Assembly: GCA_965237805.1 (NCBI GenBank)
Contig: OZ250153.1
Span: 1,312,001-1,376,000, forward strand
Direction: 5' to 3'
Source: Gammaproteobacteria bacterium
Lineage (GTDB): Bacteria > Pseudomonadota > Gammaproteobacteria > JABABF01
DNA length: 64,000 bases
A program made the translations under genes and the position numbers. A model generated the notes under the pieces. It was not told the DNA's origin, ran no database searches, and worked only from the letters and a program-made list of their open reading frames with translations. This document shows positions 9,255 to 19,631 of this stretch, in pieces. The first letter of the stretch is position 1; each line of letters begins with the position of its first letter.

Positions 9255-10376
9255 TTAGCCCTTCAGCTCTGCCAAAAGCCGTTCCATGAACTGCGTCACA
9301 AAAGTGGTGACCTGCGGCTCCATACCGCTACACAGCGCGGTGCGGCTGATGATCAGGCCGAAGCTGAAAGCGGCCCACGCTTGGTAGTACTGGCAGGCCC
9401 CTGGGTCGCGACCGGTCGTGCGTGCCCAGTAGTCGATGCTTTCCTGCTCGCCGGGGAAGCCCTCCAGTCGAGGGATGCCCATGGCCTCGCTCAGTGAGCG
9501 ATCCAAGGCCAGCCACCAAGCCAAATCCTGCACCGGATTGCCGATGATGCTCATCTCCCAGTCCAGCACCGCCGCCACCTCGCGCTTGTCCGGCGTGTAC
9601 ATGGTGTTGCCGAGGCGGGAATCGCCCCAGCACAGGCCGGTATGCGCCGTGTCGTCCGGCGGCTTGTTGGCGACAAACCAGTCGAAGGCGCGCTCATATT
9701 CCGGCACTGGCATGCCCTCTGGTGCCCAGTGTAGGTAGTGCTCCCAATAGCTGAAGAGCTGATCTTGTGCCGTTGCGCCCGCTGTGCGTCCGAATAGGAA
9801 ATCGAAGCCGTCGCGCCAATCGGCGGCGTGTATCTTGGTCATTGCCTCGAGACCGATCCACCACAGATGCTCGCGCTCGGCCGGGGTGGTGTCGTCGTGC
9901 ACCCAGCCCGCCATGTGCATCGGCGGGATGTCGGGTGGCACGATGCCGTTGACATGCTCCATCACATAGAAAGGCTGGCCGATCACCGAGGCATCTTCCT
10001 CCAAGCCCAGTAGCGGGGGCACCGGCACCCGCCCTTGGAGGCCGTCCATCAGCCGGTACTGCACCGACATATCGTAGTTTGGAAAGATCAGGCGCTGGCC
10101 GGTGGGCTGTAACCGGGCGACGCAGCGGCGCTCGCGCTCGTTGCCGGCGGCATCGCGCCAGTGCAATGGGAACATCAGCGTGATGTTTGACATGCCCGAA
10201 GTCTCGGGGATTTTCAGCGAGTCGATCCTCAGATCGCCGCCACCCTCGGCCTCAATGCGCGGGGCAAACCACGCGATCAATTTCTGCCGCGTCGCCTCCT
10301 GATCGGCCACTTTGGGCGTGGAGCGCTGTGCCCGCATCTCTGCGATCTCTTCTTCGCTCAGATTGTACTCGGCCAT
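9255..10376 (-). CDS. Phosphotransferase (APH / ACAD10-11 kinase-like) family protein
   Basis: GMSNIT, PFYVMEHV.G, WGDSRLGN, VLDWEM, GNP.QDLAW. Confidence 0.8.
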   Translation of the reverse strand: MAEYNLSEEEIAEMRAQRSTPKVADQEATRQKLIAWFAPRIEAEGGGDLRIDSLKIPETSGMSNITLMFPLHWRDAAGNERERRCVARLQPTGQRLIFPNYDMSVQYRLMDGLQGRVPVPPLLGLEEDASVIGQPFYVMEHVNGIVPPDIPPMHMAGWVHDDTTPAEREHLWWIGLEAMTKIHAADWRDGFDFLFGRTAGATAQDQLFSYWEHYLHWAPEGMPVPEYERAFDWFVANKPPDDTAHTGLCWGDSRLGNTMYTPDKREVAAVLDWEMSIIGNPVQDLAWWLALDRSLSEAMGIPRLEGFPGEQESIDYWARTTGRDPGACQYYQAWAAFSFGLIISRTALCSGMEPQVTTFVTQFMERLLAELKG

Positions 10377-10614
10377 CGTCGCTACAGCTGTCCGGTTCAG
10401 TTGCAAAAAAGCCAATATAACACGGACGGCTTGTGGTTATCGGGGTCGGTAGCTGTGGACACCGGGCAGCCTATCACGCCTGCAGAGCGCTGCTGGACAG
10501 CGGTCTTTGGGGCGCTTGCCCTTGGTGGCGATGGGCCTCAAGCGGTGCTTGGTGCCACTGCGCCGTGCGCCACACTAGCTTGACCATGATTGTGCAGCTG
10601 GGCGCATCCCGTAC

Positions 10615-11143
10615 TTGGAGTCGGACATCGGTGCCACGGTGAGGTGGTGGACGGTTTGGCCCGATGATGAAGCGGGCTTGTGGCGGTTCTTTGGGGGGCT
10701 GTGCGCCCTACAGTTAAGCGCTTGGACGCTGGCACCGGCGCTGAGCCACCGTGCGCCGCCCCTCGATGTGGTGGCAATGTATGTCTGGGGGCACGCGGGG
10801 GTGTTCGCAACTTGCAAGCATCCCAATGGCCCCGGACTGCTGCTCGCGGCGGCTCGGCAGCTGTTTGGCCCCGCCGCATGGCTGCCCTATGCGCTTTCAC
10901 AATTGGCGGTCGTGGCCACTTTTTGCTGCGCCTTCCTGCTCGGGGCGCGAGTTGCTCGGCACAGCGCGTGGCTTGGCCGGCACCCTGCTCTTGACCGGTC
11001 TGCTCTACAGCTCGTGGGCGACACCGGAATTCAATCACAATGTGCTACAGATGCCGCGCAGTCTGCACCGTCGGCGTCCCAGGCTGCGAGCAGCTGCGAG
11101 ATCAACAGCTTTAAAGGCATTCTCTGCATCTGTGAAAGCTTGA
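10615..11143 (+). pseudogene. Frameshifted, truncated GT39/ArnT-like (PMT_2) glycosyltransferase remnant
   Basis: PPLDVV.MYVWG...KHP...YALSQLAVVATF in one frame continues as RELLG...TPEFNHNVLQMP in another frame (shift at a G run near 10942-10945); homology stops near 11057. Confidence 0.7.
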
Positions 11144-11288
11144 TTGACCTTGATCAGCTCGGCTTTGGAAGGGTAGTGCACGGCTGTTTTCATTCTCCAT
11201 ATCAGCTATGACTGTTGAATCAGCAGTCAGTCGCAGGCGGGTTGGACAACGCTGTTTGGTGCTCTAGGTGGCTCGGGGGAGCACTGCG

Positions 11289-11567
11289 TTAGATGCTGCG
11301 CTCGCGCGCTTGGATTCGCTGCTCCATCTCATCGATTCTTTGATACCGTCGCTGCACATCTTGCGGGGTGGCGAACTTTCCCTGCGTCAAGGAAAAACTG
11401 CCGCTTGATGTTTTGGCCACGACAGCGGATAGCAATGCGCGATCCTGAGCGTAGGCTTGGTCGTTGATTGACTGCTCGCTTAGCTGGAGGCTGGATATTT
11501 TTCTGGATAGACTTGTCCCCAGCCACCGCATCAAGTTTTGTGAGGGTGTGATGAGTCGTTTCAACAT
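11289..11567 (-). CDS. Small hypothetical protein (92 aa)
   Basis: ATG with purine-rich upstream sequence; lower GC; C-terminal SSGSFSLTQGKFATPQDVQRR motif. Confidence 0.5.
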   Translation of the reverse strand: MLKRLITPSQNLMRWLGTSLSRKISSLQLSEQSINDQAYAQDRALLSAVVAKTSSGSFSLTQGKFATPQDVQRRYQRIDEMEQRIQARERSI

Positions 11568-11807
11568 AGCATGATCCCTTGTGTGGCTCTGGTTCTATGC
11601 TTGGTGCTTTTCCTGTATCAGCAGCAGCAGGAAAAGACCCCCGCCACCGCGATCCAGTAGCGGAAAGCTGTTTTTGTATCTTACTACATCACTCGCACAG
11701 CTGTTGATGCTATGTGCTCGATTGGCTGGTGCAGAAGCTACCGGAGCAATGTCCCCGGTAGCTCTGCTGGACTCATTGCCCTGCCCTGAATAAGGGCTTG
11801 CTTCAGA

Positions 11808-14555
11808 TCAGAAGCGGTAAGCAGCTTCCATGCCCCAGCTGGCGAGATCGCCGAAGGTGGCCAAGTCGAATGTGCCGAAGGGGATGATGAAAGTTTTGTA
11901 GTGTTCGCTGGTGATATTTTTACCGAAGACGGCCAAGCGGAACTCACCCGGCAAGCCCCACTGATCCACCGGAATGTCCCGCAAGTCCATGCGCACATTG
12001 ACCAAGCCGCGCTCGGTAGCATCGTTGACCGCATTGTCGATATCGATTGCAGGGCTCAATGTCCACCTGGCTGCATAGTCGTAGTCCAAGCGGAAAGCGG
12101 CTGGGCCGAGCGGGGTGTCGAGCTCGTAGCCGATCCATGTGTACAGTGTGTGCCGTGGCGCGTAGGGCACCTCGCCGCCAGGCAACCGGGTGCCATTGGT
12201 CTGGCCACGTGCGCTACCAGCAGGCTCTTTGCTGAAATAGGCATCGACATAGCCGTAATTGACACCCAGGCTCAAGCCGTCGATGGGTGTCAGATAAGTA
12301 GCCTCGACTTCCCAGCCTTGGTTGATCTGCCCACCGGCATTGGAGATGATGCTGGTGGCACCGGCCAACGAGGGCGAGAAAGTAGAGAGCTGGCGGTCTG
12401 TGTAATCCGTGTAGTACCAAGCCATGTTCAGGCGCAGGGTCTGGTCCAGCCACTCACCTTTGATACCGACTTCATAGCTGTCGCTGTTCTCGGCTTTTAT
12501 AGGTGTTTGGAAAGTGCTGGCATTGGGAGCGCGGGCATTGAAGCCTCCCGACCGGTAACCAGTGGCGGCGCGGGCATAGAGGTTGTGGTTTTCAGTCAGC
12601 TGCCAGTTCAGCGCCACATCCCAAGTGAACTTGCTGAAGTCCGCAGAGGCCGGTATCGTCTGGATAGTTTCGCCTGGGGTGCTTTTGGTGCCGCTGTAGC
12701 GCAGGGTGGCAGCGCGGTCATCCTCGGTGTAGCGCAAACCGACTGTGACATCGAAGTTGTCTCTCAGGGCGTAGCTCAACTGAGTGTAAATGGCAGTCGC
12801 CTCGTTGTCAGTTGTGTACTCGAAAACATCCGAACCGCCCAGCACAGCTGTGCCATTCAAACAGGCCTGGGCGACGGTGACGCTATTTGCTGCTAGGCCA
12901 AAAAGCGGCGAAAGATCGACGGAGCCATCGCGGGCCCCATTGGGGTCGCCACATAGGGAGCCGCTACCCAAGCCTTGGAAAGTGATCGCAGCGGCTGTTG
13001 CTGCGGGAGTGCCAAAACTTTCCAATGTGGCCGCATCAAAGTGTGTGACCACCCCCCCTACGAAGGGCAGGGCAGACCCGGGATAGACATTGTATTGGGC
13101 ATTGCTTTCGCGCGCCTCTTCCTCGAAGTAATAGAAGCCGAAGACATAGTCCAAGCGCTCGTCAAACAGGCTGCCCAGTGCCTGCAATTCGTGCGTACTC
13201 TGCTCTTGCTTGCTGTCTCGGCTAGCGCGGAACAGTGACACCAACTGGCCAGTGTCCACTACGCCGTTGGTATTGCTGACACCAGCATTGCTTTGCAGAC
13301 CCAATACATCGAATAACTGTCCGGTGCCATCGTAGTAGAAAGAGCCGAAATCGGTGCCGGTGTTCGGCAGGGACGAATCCCATTCCCGTGTCGAGCCAAT
13401 GTACTTGAGAGTCGTGTTGTCACCGAGCTCCCAAGTGAGCGTGACGGCATGGCCCTCTTGCTCGGAGACTTCGGCGCCAGCATAGCGGTTGGCCAACAGA
13501 CCGGAACGCGCCGCCTGAGCGACTGTATCCGCTTGGCTCCAGATGGCGAAAGCGCTGTTTGGCAACAGGGCTCTAGTGCCTATGAGATCGGGTCTGATTG
13601 CGGCATAGAAAGCCGAAAAAGTGTTCAGGCCGGTCAACTGGGTGGTTTGCGGGATGCCGTCTTTTTTAGAGTTGTCGTAGCTGTAGTCGATGCTCAGCCC
13701 ATCGATGAAGCTGAGCTCACCGTGTAGGGCGAGTTTGACAGCGTTGGATTCAATGTCACCGACATTGCCGATGCGATCGCGCTCATCTCCGGGGGTGGCA
13801 GGATCATTCGCGAGTCCGGTGCGGAAAACGTTGTCGACGTGGCCGTCAGCCTCCCAATAGGCATAGGAGACACGCATCGCCACCTCGGCCAAGCCCAAGT
13901 TGAGGGTGCCAGTCTCGATGGTGCTCTGGCTACGCACTTGGCCTTCATCGTCGAATTGGACATCTTGGCCGAAAGCAAATTCGCCCTGCGGTTTTTGGGT
14001 GATGATGTTGATCGCGCCACCGACGGCGTTGCGTCCGTACAGTGTGCCCTGCGGGCCACGCAGGATCTCGATGCGCTCGGTGTCGGCGATGTCGAAGGCA
14101 GAACCGGTCATGCGCCCCAAGTAGACGCCGTCGATATAGAGCCCGACCACCGAGTCGACGGCCAAGGCCGTCTCGCCAGCGCTGACGCCGCGCACGCCGA
14201 AGGCGTAGTTGGAGTGGCTGGCTGTCTGCTTGCGCAAGGTGAAGTTCGGTGCTGCCTTGGTGGCATGGCCGATCTCAATGACACCGAGCGTTCTGAGGTC
14301 TTCGCTGCTCAGAGCGGTGACGGACAAGGGGGTGTCCTGCAACGATTCCTCGCGCTTCTGTGCGGTGACCACCACTTCTTCGAGGCGTTGCTGCCCTTCT
14401 TCTTGCGCCTGAACTGCAGTTGGCGCAGCCAATAAGGCCGTGGCAGCCAGCGGTGCGGCAATAAAAGCAGATAGGAGCCAAGCTGAGCGTGTACTGTGCG
14501 GGCGCACGGCATATGCACTGTTGGTCTTGGTGGCGGGATGGGCTGAGCGGATCAT
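11808..14555 (-). CDS. TonB-dependent receptor (copy 1)
   Basis: TonB box LEEVVVTAQKREESLQD, plug RIEILRGPQGTLYGRNAVGGAINI, C-terminal YRF. Confidence 0.95.
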   Translation of the reverse strand: MIRSAHPATKTNSAYAVRPHSTRSAWLLSAFIAAPLAATALLAAPTAVQAQEEGQQRLEEVVVTAQKREESLQDTPLSVTALSSEDLRTLGVIEIGHATKAAPNFTLRKQTASHSNYAFGVRGVSAGETALAVDSVVGLYIDGVYLGRMTGSAFDIADTERIEILRGPQGTLYGRNAVGGAINIITQKPQGEFAFGQDVQFDDEGQVRSQSTIETGTLNLGLAEVAMRVSYAYWEADGHVDNVFRTGLANDPATPGDERDRIGNVGDIESNAVKLALHGELSFIDGLSIDYSYDNSKKDGIPQTTQLTGLNTFSAFYAAIRPDLIGTRALLPNSAFAIWSQADTVAQAARSGLLANRYAGAEVSEQEGHAVTLTWELGDNTTLKYIGSTREWDSSLPNTGTDFGSFYYDGTGQLFDVLGLQSNAGVSNTNGVVDTGQLVSLFRASRDSKQEQSTHELQALGSLFDERLDYVFGFYYFEEEARESNAQYNVYPGSALPFVGGVVTHFDAATLESFGTPAATAAAITFQGLGSGSLCGDPNGARDGSVDLSPLFGLAANSVTVAQACLNGTAVLGGSDVFEYTTDNEATAIYTQLSYALRDNFDVTVGLRYTEDDRAATLRYSGTKSTPGETIQTIPASADFSKFTWDVALNWQLTENHNLYARAATGYRSGGFNARAPNASTFQTPIKAENSDSYEVGIKGEWLDQTLRLNMAWYYTDYTDRQLSTFSPSLAGATSIISNAGGQINQGWEVEATYLTPIDGLSLGVNYGYVDAYFSKEPAGSARGQTNGTRLPGGEVPYAPRHTLYTWIGYELDTPLGPAAFRLDYDYAARWTLSPAIDIDNAVNDATERGLVNVRMDLRDIPVDQWGLPGEFRLAVFGKNITSEHYKTFIIPFGTFDLATFGDLASWGMEAAYRF

Positions 14556-14801
14556 TGAAATCTCCTTGTTATGAGAGGCTGTGCTAGGCGTTTTTGGGCG
14601 CTGTGTGCAGACCCTTGCTTTGCTTGCTACTTGTTGCTTGCTCGTGTCTGCGGTATCGGGGCGACTATGGTGTCGACCGCCTAAACCGCTCTGTATTGAG
14701 GTGCAGACTACATACAGTATATGCCATTCTACCTAAGATCATCGTGCTGTGCAAGTGTGCCAGCTGTCTCAGCATCGGGCTCAGGACTTGGGCCGCCATG
14801 A

Positions 14802-14866
14802 GCTAGGTGAAGGCGACATGTGCCTCACCCACACCCTCGAGTTCCAGCCGCAGCTGGTCCCCGGCC
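14802..14866 (-). repeat. Duplicated 3' end of the TesE-like hydratase gene (duplication junction)
   Basis: 14820..14866 is identical over 47 nt to 17909..17955; the fragment reads AGDQLRLELEGVGEAHVAFT* versus ...EARVSFS*. Confidence 0.9.
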
Positions 14867-14911
14867 GGGTAAGGCCCGGCGGGTTTGAGGGAAGCACCCC
14901 ATCCAGCTTGA

Positions 14912-17722
14912 TCAGAAGCGGTAAGCGGCTTCCATGCCCCAGCTGGCAAGGTCGCCGAAAGTGATCAGGTTGAATATGCCGAAGGGGATGATGAAAGTCT
15001 TGTATTCTTCGCCAGTGATATTCTTGCCGAAGAAGGCCATGCGGAATTCACCCGGCAAGCCCAGCTGATCCGTCGGGATATCAGCGAAGGAGATGCGCAT
15101 ATTGATCAAGCCCCTTTCGGTGCCAGCATTGACAGGATGATCAATATCAAACGCCGGACTGAGCGTCCACTTGCCCGCATAGTCATAGTCCATGCGGAAG
15201 CTGACCGAGCCGATGGGCGTGTCGGGCCATTCGTAGCTGAACCAGGCGAATAGCGTATGTCTCGGCGCGTAGGGCACTTCGCCGCCCGGTAGGGGGGGGG
15301 CATTGCCCCCTGAAAGACGCGTCGCATCAGCCGGCTCTTTGCTGAAATTGGCATCCACATAGCCATAGTTTGTACCCACTGTCAAGCCATCGATGGGAGT
15401 CAGGAAGGTGGCTTCGAGTTCCCAACCCTGGTTAATCTGCTCACCCGCATTGGAGATGATGCTGGTCGCACCAGCCAGCGAGGGCGAGAAAGTGGACAGC
15501 TGGCGATCTTTATAGATCGTGTAGTACCAGGTCATATTCATGCGCAGGGTGTTTTCCAACCATTCACCTTTGAGACCGATTTCATAGCTGGTGCTGTTTT
15601 CAGATGCGAATGGCCGCATATAAGCAGCTTCGGTGGGTGCGCGGATATTGAAGCCCCCGGTCCGATAACCTGTAGCGGCGCGGCCGTAGAGGTTGTGGTT
15701 CTCGGTCAGCTGCCAGCTCAATGCCACATCCCAGGTGAGTTTATCGAAAGCGACCGAGGCGGGCACTGTGCTGAGAGGCTCATCGGGAGAGTTTTTCACA
15801 CCGCTGTAACGCCAGGTGGCAGCGCGATCGTCCTCGGTATAGCGCAGGCCGACCGCCAGATCCATATCATCCCGCAGAGCGTAATTCAGATGGGTGTAGA
15901 ACGCCAATGCCTCGTTGTCGGTCGTGTATGCGAGCACATTTGTGCCGCCAAACACAGCTGTGCCATTCAAACAGGCTTTGGCAACGGTGAGGGTGTTTGG
16001 ATCCAGGCCATAAACTGCTGAAAGATCTGCGATGCCTTGGCTTGCCCCATCGGGGTCACCGCATAGGGAGCCACTACCCAGACCTTGGAACGTGATAGCG
16101 TTAGCAGTTGCTGCTGGGGTGCCTAATGATATCAATGTAGATGCATCGAAGGCTGTAGGCACGCCACCTACTAAGGGCAGGGCAGGCCCAGGCACGACGG
16201 TGTATTGGGGGGAGTGGGTTTCAGCCGCCTCTTCCTCGAAGAAATAGAGGCCGAGGACATAGTCCAGACGATCGTCAAACAAGTGGCCCAGCGCCTGTAA
16301 TTCGTGCGTGCTCTGCTCTTGCTTGCTGTCTCGGCTAGCGCGGAACAGCGATACCAGCTGACCGGTGTCTACCACGCCGTTGGCGTTCTTACTGATATCG
16401 TCTTGCAGACCCAACACATCCAACAATTGCCCAGTGCCATCGTAGTAGAAAGAGCTAAAGTCGACGCCGGTGTTCACCACCGGCGATGACCATTCCCGCG
16501 TTGAGCCGATGTACTTGAGAGTGGTGTTGTCGCCGATCTCCCAAGTGAGTGTGACGGCGTGTCCCTCCTGCTTGGAGGCTTCGGGGCCAGCAAAGCGGTT
16601 GTTCAAAACACTGGCACGCGTCGCCTGATCAAATACATCCGCCTGCGCCCAGAGGGCGAAAGCGCTGTTTGGCAGGCCAGCATATCCTTGGGCGACCAAG
16701 TCTCCCGGGGTACCGTCACCATCCTCATCAATTGCGGCATAGACAGCCGAAAACGTGTTCAGGTCATTCATCTGAGTAGTTTGCGGGTTACCATCTTTTT
16801 TGGAGTAGTCGTAGCTGTAGTCAATGCTCAGCCCATCGAGAAAGCCGAGGTCGCCGTGCAGGCTGAATTTGATGGCGTTGGATTCGATGAAGCCGACATT
16901 GCCGAGACGATCGCGCTCATCCCCGGGTGTGGCAGGATCATCTGCGAGCCCAGTGCGGAAAATGTTGTCGACGTGGCCGTCAGCCTCCCAATAGGCATAG
17001 GAGACACGCATCGCCACCTCGGCCAAGCCCAAGTTGAGGGTGCCAGTCTCGATGGTGCTCTGGCTGCGCACTTGGCCTTTATTGTCGAATTGGATATCTT
17101 GGCCGAAAGCAAATTCACCCTGCGGCTTTTTGGTGATGATATTGATCGCGCCACCGACGGCGTTGCGCCCGTATAGTGTGCCCTGCGGGCCACGCAGGAT
17201 CTCGATGCGCTCGGTGTCGGCGATGTCGAAGGCAGAACCGGTCATGCGCCCCAAGTAGACGCCGTCGATATACAGGCCGACTACGGAGTCCACGGCCAGC
17301 GAGGTCTCACCGGCACTGACACCGCGCACAGCATAGGCGTAGTTGGAGTGGCTGACGGTCTGTCTGCGCAAGGTGAAGTTCGGTGCTGCCTTGGTGGCCT
17401 GGCCGATCTCAATGACACCGAGCGTTTTGAGGTCTTCGCTGCTCAGAGAGGTAACCGCTAGGGGGGCATCCTGCAAGGATTCTTCTCGCTTCTGCGCGGT
17501 GACCACCACTTCTTCGAGGCGGCGCTCCTGCGCCTGGGCATCAAGCGGCGCGGCCAGAAAAGCCACTGCGGCAACTGGAGCCGCCACAAAAGACGACAAG
17601 AGCCAGGCGAGGCTATTGCGACTGCGGCACACGGCCGAGGTGCTTGGATCAGTAGTGGTGCAGGTTGCGCGAATCATTGGCAGTCTCCCTGATGAAGGCG
17701 TGTTGTGTGGCGATGCTTGCAA
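14912..17722 (-). CDS. TonB-dependent receptor (copy 2)
   Basis: Same TonB box, plug and C-terminal FGDLASWGMEAAYRF; start could be the second Met (MIRA). Confidence 0.95.
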   Translation of the reverse strand: MQASPHNTPSSGRLPMIRATCTTTDPSTSAVCRSRNSLAWLLSSFVAAPVAAVAFLAAPLDAQAQERRLEEVVVTAQKREESLQDAPLAVTSLSSEDLKTLGVIEIGQATKAAPNFTLRRQTVSHSNYAYAVRGVSAGETSLAVDSVVGLYIDGVYLGRMTGSAFDIADTERIEILRGPQGTLYGRNAVGGAINIITKKPQGEFAFGQDIQFDNKGQVRSQSTIETGTLNLGLAEVAMRVSYAYWEADGHVDNIFRTGLADDPATPGDERDRLGNVGFIESNAIKFSLHGDLGFLDGLSIDYSYDYSKKDGNPQTTQMNDLNTFSAVYAAIDEDGDGTPGDLVAQGYAGLPNSAFALWAQADVFDQATRASVLNNRFAGPEASKQEGHAVTLTWEIGDNTTLKYIGSTREWSSPVVNTGVDFSSFYYDGTGQLLDVLGLQDDISKNANGVVDTGQLVSLFRASRDSKQEQSTHELQALGHLFDDRLDYVLGLYFFEEEAAETHSPQYTVVPGPALPLVGGVPTAFDASTLISLGTPAATANAITFQGLGSGSLCGDPDGASQGIADLSAVYGLDPNTLTVAKACLNGTAVFGGTNVLAYTTDNEALAFYTHLNYALRDDMDLAVGLRYTEDDRAATWRYSGVKNSPDEPLSTVPASVAFDKLTWDVALSWQLTENHNLYGRAATGYRTGGFNIRAPTEAAYMRPFASENSTSYEIGLKGEWLENTLRMNMTWYYTIYKDRQLSTFSPSLAGATSIISNAGEQINQGWELEATFLTPIDGLTVGTNYGYVDANFSKEPADATRLSGGNAPPLPGGEVPYAPRHTLFAWFSYEWPDTPIGSVSFRMDYDYAGKWTLSPAFDIDHPVNAGTERGLINMRISFADIPTDQLGLPGEFRMAFFGKNITGEEYKTFIIPFGIFNLITFGDLASWGMEAAYRF

Positions 17723-17891
17723 GATGAGTTCACCACTGTGTTTGGTTTGCTTGGAGTGCCTATCCCGCGCTTCCCGGTACAGACAACATGTGAGTACAAG
17801 GTCACTTAACTCTATACTAATTCAATTGTGAGCAGGCATCAGTATAGCCCCCTGCCCCATCGCCACCACAGCGCCGTCGGGCCACAGGCGC

Positions 17892-18680
17892 TCAGCTGAA
17901 CGACACCCGTGCCTCACCCACACCCTCGAGTTCCAGCCGCAGCTGGTCCCCGGCCACGACGGGCTCCAGCGGCACCAGCGAACCGGACAGGATGATCTCG
18001 CCGGCGAGCAAGGGGATGTCGTAGTGCCCCAAGGTGTTGGCCAGCCACGCCACCGCCGTCAGCGGGTCGCCCTGCACCGCCGAGCCCAGACCCTCGCTGA
18101 GGAAGGTATCGTTCTTGTAGACCCGCACCTGCAGCGCTGGCAGATTCAGGCTCTGTGGCGGCAGCTGTGCTGCACCCAGCACATAGACCCCGCAGGAGGC
18201 GTTGTCGGCGATGGTGTCTTGGATGCGGATGTCCCAGTCGCGGATGCGGGAATCGACGATCTCAAAGCAGGGGCAGATGTACTCGGTCGCTGCCAGCACA
18301 TCGGCCTCGTCGATGCCGGGACCCCTGAGGTCGCGCGCCAAGCGGAAAGCGATCTCGGCCTCGGCACGGGGCTGGATCAGCTGCCCTGCAATGGTGATTT
18401 CGGCCCTGTCCGGGTATTCCATGGCATCGGTCAAGAAGCCAAAGTCTGGCTGGAAGACGCCGAGCATTTCCTGTACGGCGTGGCTGGTGACGCCGATCTT
18501 CTTGCCGACGACGCGCTCGCCGTCGGCCTCAATGCGGCGGGCCACCATGCGCTGAGAGATGTGATAGGCATCATCGATCTCGATGTCTGGTTCGCGCTCT
18601 GTCAGCGGTGTCAGCGTGTGGCCGCCGCGCAGTGCGCGGTACAGCTCGTCGCCCAGCTCGTGGCAGCGCGCCGCGTCCAT
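17892..18680 (-). CDS. tesE: 2-hydroxyhexa-2,4-dienoate / 2-keto-4-pentenoate hydratase (TesE/HsaE/MhpD family)
   Basis: GKKIGVTS.AVQ.MLGV.QPDFG.L, EAEIAF, EIVDSRI, DTIADNAS. Confidence 0.8.
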   Translation of the reverse strand: MDAARCHELGDELYRALRGGHTLTPLTEREPDIEIDDAYHISQRMVARRIEADGERVVGKKIGVTSHAVQEMLGVFQPDFGFLTDAMEYPDRAEITIAGQLIQPRAEAEIAFRLARDLRGPGIDEADVLAATEYICPCFEIVDSRIRDWDIRIQDTIADNASCGVYVLGAAQLPPQSLNLPALQVRVYKNDTFLSEGLGSAVQGDPLTAVAWLANTLGHYDIPLLAGEIILSGSLVPLEPVVAGDQLRLELEGVGEARVSFS

Positions 18681-18686
18681 ATCGCG

Positions 18687-19541
18687 CTAGCTCTGCCGAC
18701 TCAGACCGAGGAAATCCAAGCAGCTTTGGTTGAACAGCTCGCGGTGCTCGACCATGACCCAGTGGCCGCAGGCGGATTGCAGGATGACGCGGCAGTCGGG
18801 ACAGCCCTGCGCCAAGTGCAGCGCTCCGCTGAGTGGCATAAAGCTTTCATCGGCACCCCAGAACACCAGCACCGGGCAGCGGATCTCGCCCAGCCGCTCG
18901 GTCATATTTGGCACTGCCATCGTGGTGATCACCGTCGGCGTTTGCTCTCGGTGTACCGCCAAGCGCTGGCGCGTCAGCTCGGGGGTGATGTGCGCGGGGT
19001 CGTAGACAAGGTGTTTGAGCATCGCCGCGAGATTGTCTTCATCCGGTGTGACGCCGCTGACAAAGAACTCGCGCATCGCCGCCATGCCCGGCATCGCGAA
19101 ATAGGACTGCTGCTCCTCGACACCGCCGGGTGCCATCAGGATCAGCCGCTCGATGCGCTCGGGGTGGCGCAGTGCCATGTCCAGCGCGATGGCCCCACCC
19201 AGCGAGTTGCCGATTGGGGTGAAGCGGTCAACACCGAGCTGATCCAGCGCCGCCATCAGGGCATCGGTAAAGAAGTCCAGCGTGTAGCGCACATTGTCCG
19301 GCTTGCTCGACAGGCCGTAGCCGATGTGATCAGGCACCAGTGTGCGGCAGCCAGCGGCGGCGAAGACTGGATAGTTGAACTGGAAATTGCTATGGCCGCT
19401 GGCACCGGGGCCAGAGCCGTGCAGGAAGACCACCGTCGGGTCACCGCCGTCCTCTTCGATGCAGTGGATACGGTAGCCGCCGTCGATGTCTAGGTAGCGA
19501 CCCGCCGGCAATAATTTGGTGGGATCTAAGGCTGTGGTCAT
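18687..19541 (-). CDS. tesD: Meta-cleavage product hydrolase (TesD/HsaD/BphD family)
   Basis: LHGSGPGASGHSNF, GNSLGG nucleophile elbow, CGHWVMVEH. Confidence 0.8.
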   Translation of the reverse strand: MTTALDPTKLLPAGRYLDIDGGYRIHCIEEDGGDPTVVFLHGSGPGASGHSNFQFNYPVFAAAGCRTLVPDHIGYGLSSKPDNVRYTLDFFTDALMAALDQLGVDRFTPIGNSLGGAIALDMALRHPERIERLILMAPGGVEEQQSYFAMPGMAAMREFFVSGVTPDEDNLAAMLKHLVYDPAHITPELTRQRLAVHREQTPTVITTMAVPNMTERLGEIRCPVLVFWGADESFMPLSGALHLAQGCPDCRVILQSACGHWVMVEHRELFNQSCLDFLGLSRQS

Positions 19542-19631
19542 CGTGCGCTACTCCCGCGCCGCTCTGCTGGCAGAAGTGTAATGCAAGGGTGCGACAGCAG
19601 GCCGGAGCCGGGAGTCGTGCGGCAGCGCGCT

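Noticed and set aside
15292-15300. G9 tract in TonB receptor copy 2 as a phase-variation site
   Set aside because: It is short, near the 3' end and in frame (Ala-Pro-Pro-Leu); weak evidence on its own.
18024-19493. 489-aa plus-strand ORF
   Set aside because: Antisense shadow of tesE and tesD.
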